The position numbers and the translations under genes were made by a program. The notes under the pieces are model-generated. The model was not told where the DNA came from. It saw only the letters and a program-made list of their open reading frames with translations, and searched no databases. A DNA stretch of 64,000 nucleotides from Felis catus (taxonomy: Eukaryota), in contig NC_058368.1 of the NCBI RefSeq assembly GCF_018350175.1, positions 146,694,001 to 146,758,000 of the forward strand, written 5' to 3'. Below, piece after piece: positions 52,812-64,000 of this stretch (positions are counted from its first letter, which is position 1; every line of letters starts with the position of its first letter).

Positions 52812-53794
52812 TGCAGTGTACTGAAGTGTGCCCCCCATAAAGATATATTCAAGTCCTAACTCTTAGAATCTGTGAATATGAAAATCAGGTCTTTTCAGAT
52901 GTAATCAAAATAAAGTCATATTGGATTAGGGTGGGCCCTAAATCCAATGACTGGTATCCTTATGAGAAGAAGAGAAGACGTAAACGGACATGCACAGAGG
53001 GCAGAAGGCTGTGTGAACATGGAGGCAGAGACGGAAGTGATGCAGGACCTCAGGCATTGTTGGTGAAGGGGAGCTGAATACACCATCCCAAAATATACCT
53101 CTTTGGCATAAGGATTATTTTAGGCCGATTAAGTTTAAGAAGTAGCAGGCACAGGAATGCTTTGAAGACTGAGTAGAAGTTACCCTTTTGTAAGAGACAT
53201 TTACATTTATAAAGAAAATCTCCAATTTTAGGGTGTCTTCCTCTCTCCCAGGGAGAGGAAGAAGACTAAATCTCTAGAAACTCTGACCAGTGGAGGCAGC
53301 AAGGACTTCAACCTGCACAGCCATGATCTCATTTGTTGAGCTTTGCCTGGTAACATCCCATCACTACCCTCCCTCAGCATCTTCTTGTGTCTTTTTCTGA
53401 AGATGGTATTTAAGGTGGTGACTTGGACCGTTTGGGGAAGTTATTTTTCCTGGGTACTAGTGTACTGGGTACTGGGTATTAGTTTTCCCATGTACACGTG
53501 TTATTAGACTTCTGTTTGATTCTCTCCTATTAATCTGTCTTCTATCATAGGTGGACCTTAGCAAAGAACCTAGAAGGATAAAGGGAAAATTATTTTCCTC
53601 CTGTATACTGGCAACCACCAGAAGCTAGGAAGAAGCAAAAAGAGAGTTTCCCCTACAGTTTTCAGGGGGGAGCACAGCCCTGCTGCCACCATCATTTTGT
53701 GCTTCTAGCCTCCAGAACTAGAGAATACATTTCTGTTGTTTTGAGCCACCCACTTTGTGGTAATCCATTGCAGCAGTCCTTGGAAGCTAATACA
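52812..53794 (+). mobile_element. MaLR solo LTR (MLT1B/C-like) split by a second LTR
   Basis: ggattagggtgggccctaaatccaatgactgg...ggcaaccaccagaagctagg...ggaagctaataca; flanks AGGTG/ATGTG. Confidence 0.88.
53064..53607 (+). mobile_element. ERV1-class solo LTR (MER34/MER39-like or carnivore LTR)
   Basis: Starts TGAAGGG, cccaaaatatacctctttggcataaggattatttt; ends ttttcctcctgtata; 4-bp flanks TTGG/CTGG. Confidence 0.8.
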
Positions 53795-55600
53795 ATGTGG
53801 GTATTAAATATAATTTTATTTTTGTGTAATTCAACATGAGGTTTATTTTGTCCTTCAGTACTTCCAGGGGGTAAGCACATAAAGCCCAATCCATTTAAGC
53901 TTCCCTTACCTCCCAGGGCTGTGTCTAAGCTATGATGTATGCATGTCAGTGCAGCCCAGTTGTCTGGTGATGCCTTGTTTCTGTGCCCATGGCCTCTAGA
54001 GATCGGATGGCTCCAGCAGCTTCCAACCTACCACAGGGGATGAGATTCCCAGACAGGCAATTTACATGCATGTACACCTAGTTGCGGTGTTAAGGACAAT
54101 TCCACAGTGAGTTCTTCTTTGTCATGAGGGCTCTGCAGGCCTCTCTTCCCAAAACACACCTATTTTCTTGCAAATTTATCCCACCTCTGTGGTGGAAAAA
54201 GAAGTAGATCCAGTTCCCTCCACCTTGATTATTGACACTCTTCCTACACTCTCTCTCTATGCCCCAAATCCTCCAACTTCCTAACTTAGACTTATGGAAT
54301 ACAAAACCCAAATATTTTGCAGCCATTGGCCATGTCCCTTCCCTGAGTCAATAAACCCAGAATACTTGTTATGCTTGGGGGGGGGGGGGAACAAGAAAAG
54401 TGGAAAATACTGGTGGAAAAGCAAAGAATATTAGTTTATGAAAACTGCCATCTGGATGAATGTGATATAGAACATACTCCTGAAGCCAAAGAGACATGGA
54501 ATTGGATATCAACAATGCTCCTTCCTAACTGTAACTAGGGCCAGTCGTAGTCTCCCTGAGACTTTGTATTGTCACCAAAGCAAGGAAGCAAAGTACCTAC
54601 CTTCTAGAGTTGTTGTGGGGTCTAAATTTAATGAGATAACATATGTAAAACACAAAGACGATACCAACTAGCCAAGTCAACGTGGTCACAGAGACGATTG
54701 AAGTCCGGGTTGATGTCCCAGTTCTTTCCTAAGGAGCCAGCATCCGTGAAGACACCAGCTATCCAGCCTGAAGATCCATTCTGCATATTGCCTCCCACTG
54801 CTATGTAAGTTGCTGCTACGGAGGGTAGCTGGCTCCTTGCTCGTTTTTCTTGTGCTACGGAATAGCTTGAGGATGGGAACTAGGTTTTCAATTCTTCCCT
54901 ATCTATATTATTTTCTAGATCTGGTGCATTTTGTCTTTTGTGCTTTCCTAAATCCAAATAAATAGTCAGCAGACAGACAAATGCCTTATATTTTAATCTA
55001 CTTGGCTATTAAACTGGAACACTGCTGAGCTCTTCTGGGAAATTAGGAATGCTTTAGTGTTTTTTTAGGAACTGGCGAAACCCAGGCACAGCCACTATTG
55101 ACTTGGCCAGATTTTCCTTCTCTAAAAGGTTGTCATTCAGATGCAGAGCCACTAGATGTCACACATGGGGAAGTGTTCTGCTCTGCTCTGTGATTTCTCC
55201 TGCAAGGAGAGATGGTGATGCACTATTATCCTTCTGTAAAAACCAAACAAAATATTTTGAACAGATTTATTTTTTTAGAGTACTTTTAAGTTTATAGTGA
55301 AATTGAGAGAAAGGTACAGAGTTTCCCAAATACCTCTTGCCCACACATACATAGGCTCTCCCCATATCAACATCACTTACCAGAGTGGTACATTTTTTTT
55401 TACCAAGGATGAACCCACATCGACACATAATTATCACCAAAGGTCCACTGTTTACATTAGGGTTTACTCCTGTTGTTGTATATTCTATGGATTTGAACAC
55501 ATATATAGTGACGTATATTCATCATTATGCTTATTTGCCATCTGTATATCTTCTGTGGTAAGGAGTCTGTTAACGAATTTGGTCCACTTTAAGTCAGGTT

Positions 55601-55815
55601 ATTTTTTATTTTTTTTAATGTCCATTTATTTTTGAGAGAGGGACAGAGCATGAGCAAGGGAAGGGCAGAGAGAGAAGGAGACACAGAATCTGAAGCAGGC
55701 TCCAGGCTCTGAGCTATCAGCATAGAGCCCAATGCGGGGCTCAAATTCGCAAACCGTGAGATCATGACATGAGCCAAAGTTGTACGCTTAACCAACTGAG
55801 CCACCCAGGTGCCCC
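55601..55815 (-). mobile_element. CanSINE
   Basis: ...cttaaccaactgagccacccaggtgcccc head, (GA)n, T tail. Confidence 0.93.
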
Positions 55816-56224
55816 TGATTTCCCATTATTGAGTTTAAGTGTTCTTTGTATATTCTGAATAAAAGTCTTTTATCAGATGTATCTTTTGTAAATATTTTTC
55901 CAGTCTGTGGCTTGTCTTCTCATTCTCTTGACATGTGTCTTTCACAGAATCTATGTTTTAAGTTGTAATGAAGTCCAGCTTAGCAATTATTTTTTTCATA
56001 GATCATGTCTTTGGTTTTGTATCTAAAAAGGCATCACCATCCCAAAGGTCATCTAGATTTTCTCCTATATTATCTACTAAGAGTATTACAGTTTTGCATG
56101 TTACATTAGGTCTGTGATCCATTTTGTGAAGGGCTGTAATGTCTGTGTCTAATTCACTTTTTGCATATTGATGGCCAATGGTTCCAGCACCATTTGTTGA
56201 AGAAACTACTTTTGCTATACTGTA

Positions 56225-56693
56225 CAGCAGTCCTCCCTTCCCCTTATCTGGTTTCACAGTGTATGGTTTTAGTCAGCCTGTGATCAAACAGTCCAGAAAC
56301 AGATGACCTTCCTTCTGAAGTCTAACTTCCTAGAAGCCTAACTCCGTGTCAGAATGCCTATGTCATTCACCTCACTTCATCTCATCATGAAGTTTCTTTA
56401 TTATCTCACATTATCACCAAAAGAAGATGAGTAAGCGTGGTATGGTATTTTGAGAGAGAGAGAGAAACTACATTCACATAAGTTTTATTACAGTATATGG
56501 TTATAACTCTTCGATTTTATTATTTGTTATTGTTGTTAATTTCTTACTGTTACCTAACTTATAAATTAAACTTTGTCACAGGTATGTGTATACAGGAAAA
56601 AACATAGTATATATAGAGTTTTGTATTATCTGTGGTTTCAGGCATCCACCAGGGTCTTGGAATATATCCCTAATAGATAAGGGGGGACTGTTG
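56225..56693. mobile_element. Tigger7/MER44-like TcMar element
   Basis: Inverted ends cagcagtcc...ccccttatc and gataaggggggactgttg, TA on both sides. Confidence 0.85.
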
Positions 56694-57602
56694 TACTGTC
56701 TTACTCCTTTATCAAAGATCAGTTGACTATTTTTATAGATGTCTATTTCTGGGCTCTCTAGTCAGTTTCATTGGTCTTTACTTCCATTCTTTTGCCAACA
56801 CCACACTGTCTTGATTACTTTAGCTGCATAGTAAGTCTTGAAGTTGGGTGACATTGGTCTAACTTTGTTCTTCTCCTGCAATACTGCGTTGGCTGTTCTG
56901 GATCTTTTGCCCTCCATAAACACTTTAGACTCATTTTGTTAATGTCCATATCATAACTTGTTGGGATTTTGACTGGGATTGCTCTGAAACTCTGGGTCAA
57001 GTTGGGAAGAACTGACCAGTGCCAGTCTCAGCCTATCAATAACCAATGTTGTGGCTGGACCCACGCTTGTGGTTCTCATTACGATTGCAAGATACTTTCA
57101 GCAATAACCATCAGGAAGTTTTTTTATAAAAGGTTGGTACACCACGAGTTTGTGGATGGAGAGAATGAGTATGGGCCTCTGTTTCTGCTTTTTGGGAGTA
57201 GAGGATTGAAGCCTACGGTTTTAAGAGCTCACTTTGATTTATGAATTTCAAAACATTAGAGAAAGAATTTAAAGCACAGGAAGAGGGGGGGAAAAAAACA
57301 AGCAGTCCAATGGTCAGATATCTAAACCAAAGGAGTCAGAGAAGTGGGGATAGGTGGGCTGGCTCTTTATCTAGTGTGGTTCTTACTGGGAACAAATGTT
57401 TAAGGAGCCAAGAATGTGGTTCAATGAGGTCAAATGGTCCTTTTCTCTAGAATGATGGAGAAGGTGGGAAATGACTAAGCATTTCAGGGCTGGTACTGGT
57501 TACAGGTAGGTGTGGCCACCTTGCCCAAGGGCATACTTTCCTGGGATGGTTCACATCCAAGGATCATCTGGTATAGAAAGGCTCAGTCAGAGAGAGAAGC
57601 GG

Positions 57603-57614
57603 CAAGATGGCGGC
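57603..57614 (+). promoter_or_regulatory. YY1 site of L1 internal promoter
   Basis: CAAGATGGCGGC 13 nt from the element 5' end, the usual position in mammalian L1s. Confidence 0.85.
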
Positions 57615-58520
57615 TTAGGAGGATGCTGGGCTCACCGCGCGTCCTGCTGATCACTTAGATTCCACCTACACCTGCCTAAATAACCCAGAAAACCGCCAGA
57701 GGATTAGCAGAACGGAGTCGCCGGAGCCAAACGCAGACGAGAGGCCCACGGAAGAGGGTAGGAAGGGCGGCGAGGCGGTGCGCGCTCCACGGACTGGCGG
57801 GAGGGAGCCGGGGCGGAGGGGCGGCTCGCCGGCCAAGCAGAGCCCCCGAGTCTGGCTGGCAAAAGCGGAGGGGCCTGACGGACTGTGTTCCCACAACAAG
57901 CGCGACTTAGCATCTGGGAGGTCATAAGTTAACAGCTCTGCTCGGAAAGCGGGAAGGCTGGAGGACAAAGGGAGGGAGAGCTGCTGAGCCCCCTGACGAC
58001 AGAGCTCAGTTTGGTGGGGAACAAAGGCGCTCGCCAGCGCCATCTCCCCCGCCCATCCCCCAGCCAAAATCCCAAAGAGAACCAGTTCCTGCCAGGGAAC
58101 TTGCTCGCTCCGCACAAACACCCAACTCTGTGCTTCTGCGGAGCCAAACCTCCGGCAGCGGATCTGACTCCCTCCCGCTGCCACAGGGCCCCTCCTGAAG
58201 AGGATCACCTAAGGAGAAGCGATCTAAGCCTGCCCCTCCTGCCCCGTGCACCTTGCCTACCCACCCCAGCTAATACGCCAGATCCCCAGCATCACAAGCC
58301 TGGCAGTGTGCAAGTAGCCCAGATGGGCCACACCACCCCACAGTGAATCCCGCCCCTAGGAGAGGGGAAGAGAAGGCACACACCAGTCTGACTGTGGCCC
58401 CAGCGGTGGGCTGGGGGCAGACATCAGGTCTGACTGCGGCCCCGCCCACCAACTCCAGTTATACACCACAGCACAGGGGAAGTGCCCTGCAGGTCCTCAC
58501 CACGCCAGGGACTATCCAAA

Positions 58521-59410
58521 ATGACCAAGCGGAAGAATTCCCCTCAGAAGAATCTCCAGGAAATAACAACAGCTAATGAGCTGATCAAAAAGGATTTAAA
58601 TAATATAACAGAAAGTGAATTTAGAATAATAGTCATAAAATTAATCGCTGGGCTTGAAAACAGTATACAGGACAGCAGAGAATCTCTTGCTACAGAGATC
58701 AAGGGACTAAGGAACAGTCACGAGGAGCTGAAAAACGCTTTAAACGAAATGCATAACAAAATGGAAACCACCACAGCTCGGCTTGAAGAGGCAGAGGAGA
58801 GAATAGGTGAACTAGAAGATAAAGTTACGGAAAAAGAGGAAGCTGAGAAAAAGAGAGATAAAAAAATCCAGGAGTATGAGGGGAAAATTAGAGAACTAAG
58901 TGATACACTAAAAAGAAATAATATACACATAATTGGTATCCCAGAGGAGGAAGAGAGAGGAAAAGGTGCTGAAGGGGTACTTGAAGAAATAATAGCTGAG
59001 AACTTCCCTGAACTGGGGAAGGAAAAAGGCATTGAAATCCAAGAAGCACAGAGAACTCCCTTCAGACGTAACCGGAATCGATCTTCTGCACGACATATGA
59101 TAGTGAAACTGGCAAAATACAAGGATAAAGAGAAAATTCTGAAAGCAGCAAGGGGTAAACGTGCCCTCACATATAAAGGGAGACCTATAAGACTCGTGAC
59201 TGATCTCTCTTTTGAAACTTGGCAGGCCAGAAAGAATTGGCACGAGATTTTCAGGGTGCTAGACAGAAAAAATATGCAGCCGAGAAACCTTTATCCAGCA
59301 AGTCTGTCATTTAGAATAGAAGGAGAGATAAAGGTCTTCCCAAACAAAAACTGAAGGAATTTGTCACCACTAAACCAGCCCTACAAGAGATCCTAAGGGG
59401 GACCCTGTGA
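58521..59410 (+). pseudogene. L1 ORF1, frameshifted near C-terminus
   Basis: MTKRKNSPQK, coiled coil, IIGIPEEEE, YPASLSF; stops early at 59354 while the native end KLKEFVTTKPALQEILRGTL* lies in another frame to 59410. Confidence 0.93.
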
Positions 59411-59460
59411 GACAAAGTCCCAGAGACATCACTACAAGCATAAAACACACAGACATCACA

Positions 59461-62400
59461 ATGACTCTAAACCCATATCTTTCTATAATAACACTGAATG
59501 TAAATGGATTAAATGCGCCAACCAAAAGACATAAGGTATCAGAATGGATAAAAAAACAAGACCCATCTATTTGCTGTCTACAAGAGACTCATTTTAGACC
59601 TGAGGACACCTTTAGATTGAGAGTGAGGGGATGGAGAACTATTTATCATGCGACTGGAAGCCAAAAGAAAGCTGGAGTAGCCATACTTATATCAGACAAA
59701 CTAGACTTTAAATTAAAGGCTGTAACAAGAGATGAAGAAGGACATTATATAATAGTTACAGGGTCTATCCATCAGGAAGAGCTAACAATTATAAATGTCT
59801 ATGCACCGAATACCGGAGCCCCCAAATATATAAAACAATTACTCATAAACATAAGCAACCTTATTGATAAGAATGTGGTAATTGCAGGGGACTTTAACAC
59901 CCCACTTACAGAAATGGACAGATCATCTAGACACACGGTCAATAAAGAAACAAGGGCCCTGAATGAGACATTGGATCAGATGGACTTGACAGATATATTT
60001 AGAACGCTGCATCCCAAAGCAACAGAATATACTTTCTTCTCGAGTGCACATGGAACATTCTCCAAGATAGATCATATACTGGGTCACAAAACAGCCCTTC
60101 ATAAGTTTACAAGAATTGAAATTATACCATGCATACTTTCAGACCACAATGCTATGAAGCTTGAAATCAACCACAGAAAAAAGTCTGGAAAACCTCCAAA
60201 GGCATGGAGGTTAAAGAACACCCTACTAACGAATGAGTGGGTCAACCAGGCAATTAGAGAAGAAATTAAAAAAAATATATGGAAACAAACGAAAATGAAA
60301 ATACAACAATCCAAACGCTTTGGGACGCAGCGAAGGCAGTCCTGAGAGGAAAATACATTGCAATCCAGGCCTATCTCAAGAAACAAGAAAAATCCCAAAT
60401 ACAAAATCTAACAGCACACCTAAAGGAACTAGAAGCAGAACAGCAAAGGCAGCCTAAACCCAGCAGAAGAAGAGAAATAATAAAGATCAGAGCAGAAATA
60501 AACAATATAGAATCTAAAAAAACTGTAGAGCAGATCAACGAAACCAAGAGTTGGTTTTTTGAAAAAATAAACAAAATTGACAGACCTCTAGCCAGGCTTC
60601 TCAAAAAGAAAAGGGAAATGACCCAAATAGATAAAATCATGAATGAAAATGGAATTATTACAACCAATCCCTCAGAGATACAAACAATTATCAGGGAATA
60701 CTATGAAAAATTATATGCCAACAAATTGGACAACCTGGAAGAAATGGACACATTCCTGAACACCCACACTCTTCCAAAACTCAATCAGGAGGAAATAGAA
60801 AGCTTGAACAGACCCATCACCAGCGAAGAAATTGAATCGGTTATCAAAAATCTCCCAACAAATAAGAGTCCAGGACCAGATGGCTTCCCAGGGGAGTTCT
60901 ACCAGACGTTTAAAGCAGAGATAATACCTATCCTTCTCAAGCTATTCCAAGAAATAGAAAGGGAAGGAAAACTTCCAGACTCATTCTATGAAGCCAGTAT
61001 TACTTTGATTCCTAAACCAGACAGAGACCCAGTAAAAAAAGAGAACTACAGGCCAATATCCCTGATGAATATGGATGCAAAAATTCTCAATAAGATACTA
61101 GCAAATCGAATTCAACGGCATATAAAAAGAATTATTCACCATGATCAAGTGGGATTCATTCCTGGGATGCAGGGCTGGTTCAACATTCGCAAATCAATCA
61201 ACGTGATACATCACATTAACAAAAAAAAAGAGAAGAACCATATGATCCTGTCAATCGATGCAGAAAAGGCCTTTGACAAAATCCAGCACCCTTTCTTAAT
61301 AAAAACCCTTGAGAAAGTCGGGATAGAAGGAACATACTTAAAGATCATAAAAGCCATTTATGAAAAGCCCACAGCTAACATCATCCTCAACGGGGAAAAA
61401 CTGAGAGCTTTTTCCCTGAGATCAGGAACACGACAAGGATGCCCACTCTCACCGCTGCTGTTTAACATAGTGCTGGAAGTTCTAGCATCAGCAATCAGAC
61501 AACAAAAGGAAATCAAAGGCATCAAAATTGGCAAAGATGAAGTCAAGCTTTCGCTTTTTGCAGATGATATGATATTATACATGGAAAATCCGATAGACTC
61601 CACCAAAAGTCTGCTAGAACTGATACAGGAATTCAGCAAAGTTGCAGGATACAAAATCAATGTACAGAAATCAGTTGCATTCTTATACACTAACAATGAA
61701 GCAACAGAAAGACAAATAAAGAAACTGATCCCATTCACAATTGCACCAAGAAGCATAAAATACCTAGGAATAAATCTAACCAAAGATATAAAGGATCTGT
61801 ATGCTGAAAACTATAGAAAGCTTATGAAGGAAATTGAAGAAGATTTAAAGAAATGGAAAGACATTCCCTGCTCATGGATTGGAAGAATAAATATTGTCAA
61901 AATGTCAATACTACCCAAAGCTATCTACACATTCAATGCAATCCCAATCAAAATTGCACCAGCATTCTTCTTGAAACTAGAACAAGCAATCCTAAAATTC
62001 ATATGGAACCACAAAAGGCCCCGAATAGCCAAAGTAATTTTGAAGAAGAAGACCAAAGCAGGAGGCATCACAATCCCAGACTTTAGCCTCTACTACAAAG
62101 CTGTCATCATCAAGACAGCATGGTATTGGCACAAAAACAGACACATAGACCAATGGAATAGAATAGAAACCCCAGAACTAGACCCACAAACGTATGGCCA
62201 ACTCATCTTTGACAAAGCAGGAAAGAACATCCAATGGAAAAAAGACAGCCTCTTTAACAAATGGTGCTGGGAGAACTGGACAGCAATATGCAGAAGGTTG
62301 AAACTAGACCACTTTCTCACACCATTCACAAAAATAAACTCAAAATGGATAAAGGACCTAAATGTGAGACAGGAAACCATCAAAACCTTAGAGGAGAAAG

Positions 62401-63287
62401 CAGGAAAAGACCTCTCTGACCTCAGCCGTAGCAATCTCTTACTCGACACATCCCCAAAGGCAAGGGAATTAAAAGCAAAAGTGAATTACTGGGACCTTAT
62501 GAAGATAAAAAGCTTCTGCACAGCAAAGGAAACAACCAACAAAACTAAAAGGCAACCAACGGAATGGGAAAAGATATTCGCAAATGACATATCGGACAAA
62601 GGGCTAGTATCCAAAATCTATAAAGAGCTCACCAAACTCCACACCTGAAAAACAAATAACCCAGTGAAGAAATGGGCAGAAAACATGAATAGACACTTCT
62701 CTAAAGAAGACATCCGGATGGCCAACAGGCACATGAAAAGATGTTCAGCGTCGCTCCTTATCAGGGAAATACAAATCAAAACCACACTCAGGTATCACCT
62801 CACGCCAGTCAGAGTGGCCAAAATGAACAAATCAGGAGACTATAGATGCTGGAGAGGATGTGGAGAAACGGGAACCCTCTTGCACTGTTGGTGGGAATGC
62901 AAATTGGTGCAGCCGTTCTGGAAAGCAGTGTGGAGGTTCCTCAGAAAATTAAAAATAGACCTACCCTATGACCCAGCAATAGCACTGCTAGGAATTTATC
63001 CAAGGGATACAGGAGTACCAATGCATAGGGCCACTTGTACCCCAATGTTCATAGCAGCACTCTCAACAATAGCCAAATTATGGAAAGAGCCTAAATGTCC
63101 ATCAACTGATGAATGGATAAAGAAATTGTGGTTTATATACACAATGGAATATTACGTGGCAATGAGAAAAAATGAAATATGGCCTTTTGTAGCAACGTGG
63201 ATGGAACTGGAGAGTGTGATGCTAAGTGAAATAAGCCATACAGAGAAAGACAGATACCATATGGTTTCACTCTTATGTGGACCCTGA
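59461..63287 (+). pseudogene. L1 ORF2 (endonuclease, RT, Cys-rich domain) with one frameshift and one nonsense codon
   Basis: [30 protein letters not shown]...HCWWEC; frameshift in A8 run 60268-60275; in-frame TGA 62646-62648. Confidence 0.96.
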
Positions 63288-63529
63288 GAAATTAACAGGA
63301 ACCCATGGGGGAGGGGAAGGAAAAAAAAAAACAGGTTAGAGTGGGAGAGAGTCAAAGCATAAGAGACTCTTAAAAACTGAGAACAAACTGAGGGTTGATG
63401 GAGGGTGGGAGGGAGGAGAAGGTGGGTGATGGGTATTGAGGAGGGCACCTTTTGGGATGAGCACTGGGTGTTGTATGGAAACCAATTTGTCAATAAATTT
63501 CATAAAAAAAAAAAAGAAAGGCTCAGTCA

Positions 63530-63744
63530 TTTCAGTGCAGTGTAGGACAACTCTGAAAGACACTTTTAACTCCAGAATTTCCCATAGGATCAGCTGAAGC
63601 TGCTTTTATTAGGCTTGCATCTCAGCTTGTCTTCTCCCTCGACTAATCCTGCTTCTTCCTCTTTCTACAGGCACTTCCTAATAAACATACTACACATGAA
63701 CCTCTGCCTCAGAGTCAGCTTCTTGGAGAACCTAACCTGTATCA
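63530..63744 (+). mobile_element. 3' part of an old ERVL-type LTR (LTR16-like) interrupted by the L1
   Basis: ctaataaac...ctcagagtcagcttcttggagaacctaacct resembles LTR16-group 3' ends. Confidence 0.6.
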
Positions 63745-64000
63745 ATGTGCATGGAAAATAGGGTTTCTTTCCCATCCTGGAGCAAAACTAGGTACTCCCA
63801 AGAGTGAGATGGGAGAGTGAGCAAAGTAATTGACTTGTTCTATTGAAGAATAGTAGTGGTACTTCTCAGCTGATTACAGCTGAAGATAATACTGGTTACA
63901 AGTGTAAATGAATAGCGGTACCCCACGCAGAGCAGTGGGTTCAAAAATCCTGCAGGGAATTGATATTTTATGATATTTGATTCTAGATAACTAGGTGAAC

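Larger units (their letters stand above)
55265..57015 (-). mobile_element. Old L1M 3' fragment, interrupted by a SINE and a Tigger-type element
   Basis: Minus-strand ORF2 remnants (AIPVKIP, NIGENLDDL, FLDTKPKT). Confidence 0.85.
57590..63514 (+). mobile_element. Full-length felid LINE-1 (about 5.9 kb), inactivated
   Basis: CpG-rich 5' UTR, ORF1, ORF2, G-rich 3' UTR, AATAAA (63492), A tail; perfect TSD AGAAAGGCTCAGTCA at 57575-57589 and 63515-63529. Confidence 0.98.

Noticed and set aside
58718..62449. Minus-strand ORFs of 100-150 aa inside the L1
   Set aside because: Antisense shadows of A-rich L1 coding sequence
29000..64000. HAPLN1, the usual tail-to-tail neighbour of VCAN
   Set aside because: No link-module or Ig-domain coding sequence recognised on either strand; it presumably lies beyond the window

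Overview
Mammalian genomic DNA from a felid, judged by young SINEC_Fc-type SINEs and a cat-type full-length L1; the species cannot be determined. The left 29 kb holds the 3' end of versican (VCAN, + strand): five coding exons (C-type lectin domain, sushi/CCP domain, basic tail; exons 11-15 in human numbering) with canonical GT-AG sites, an 18-kb intron and the 3' UTR. The remaining 35 kb is repeat-rich intergenic DNA (CanSINEs, MIR, L2, old L1, MaLR/ERV LTRs, MER DNA transposons), ending in a full-length but triply inactivated L1 with a perfect 15-bp TSD. The most notable observations are: (1) the 145-nt last intron, which carries the Vint read-through tail and a Kozak ATG giving a signal-peptide-like ORF fused to the cationic versican tail; (2) a CpG-enriched element with an adjacent candidate poison exon in the long intron; (3) two young SINEs inserted successively at one nick site inside an older SINE's tail. 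I see no convincing new multi-gene system; the novel items are hypotheses. Repeat subfamily names are from memory of consensus sequences, and boundaries of old repeats are approximate.
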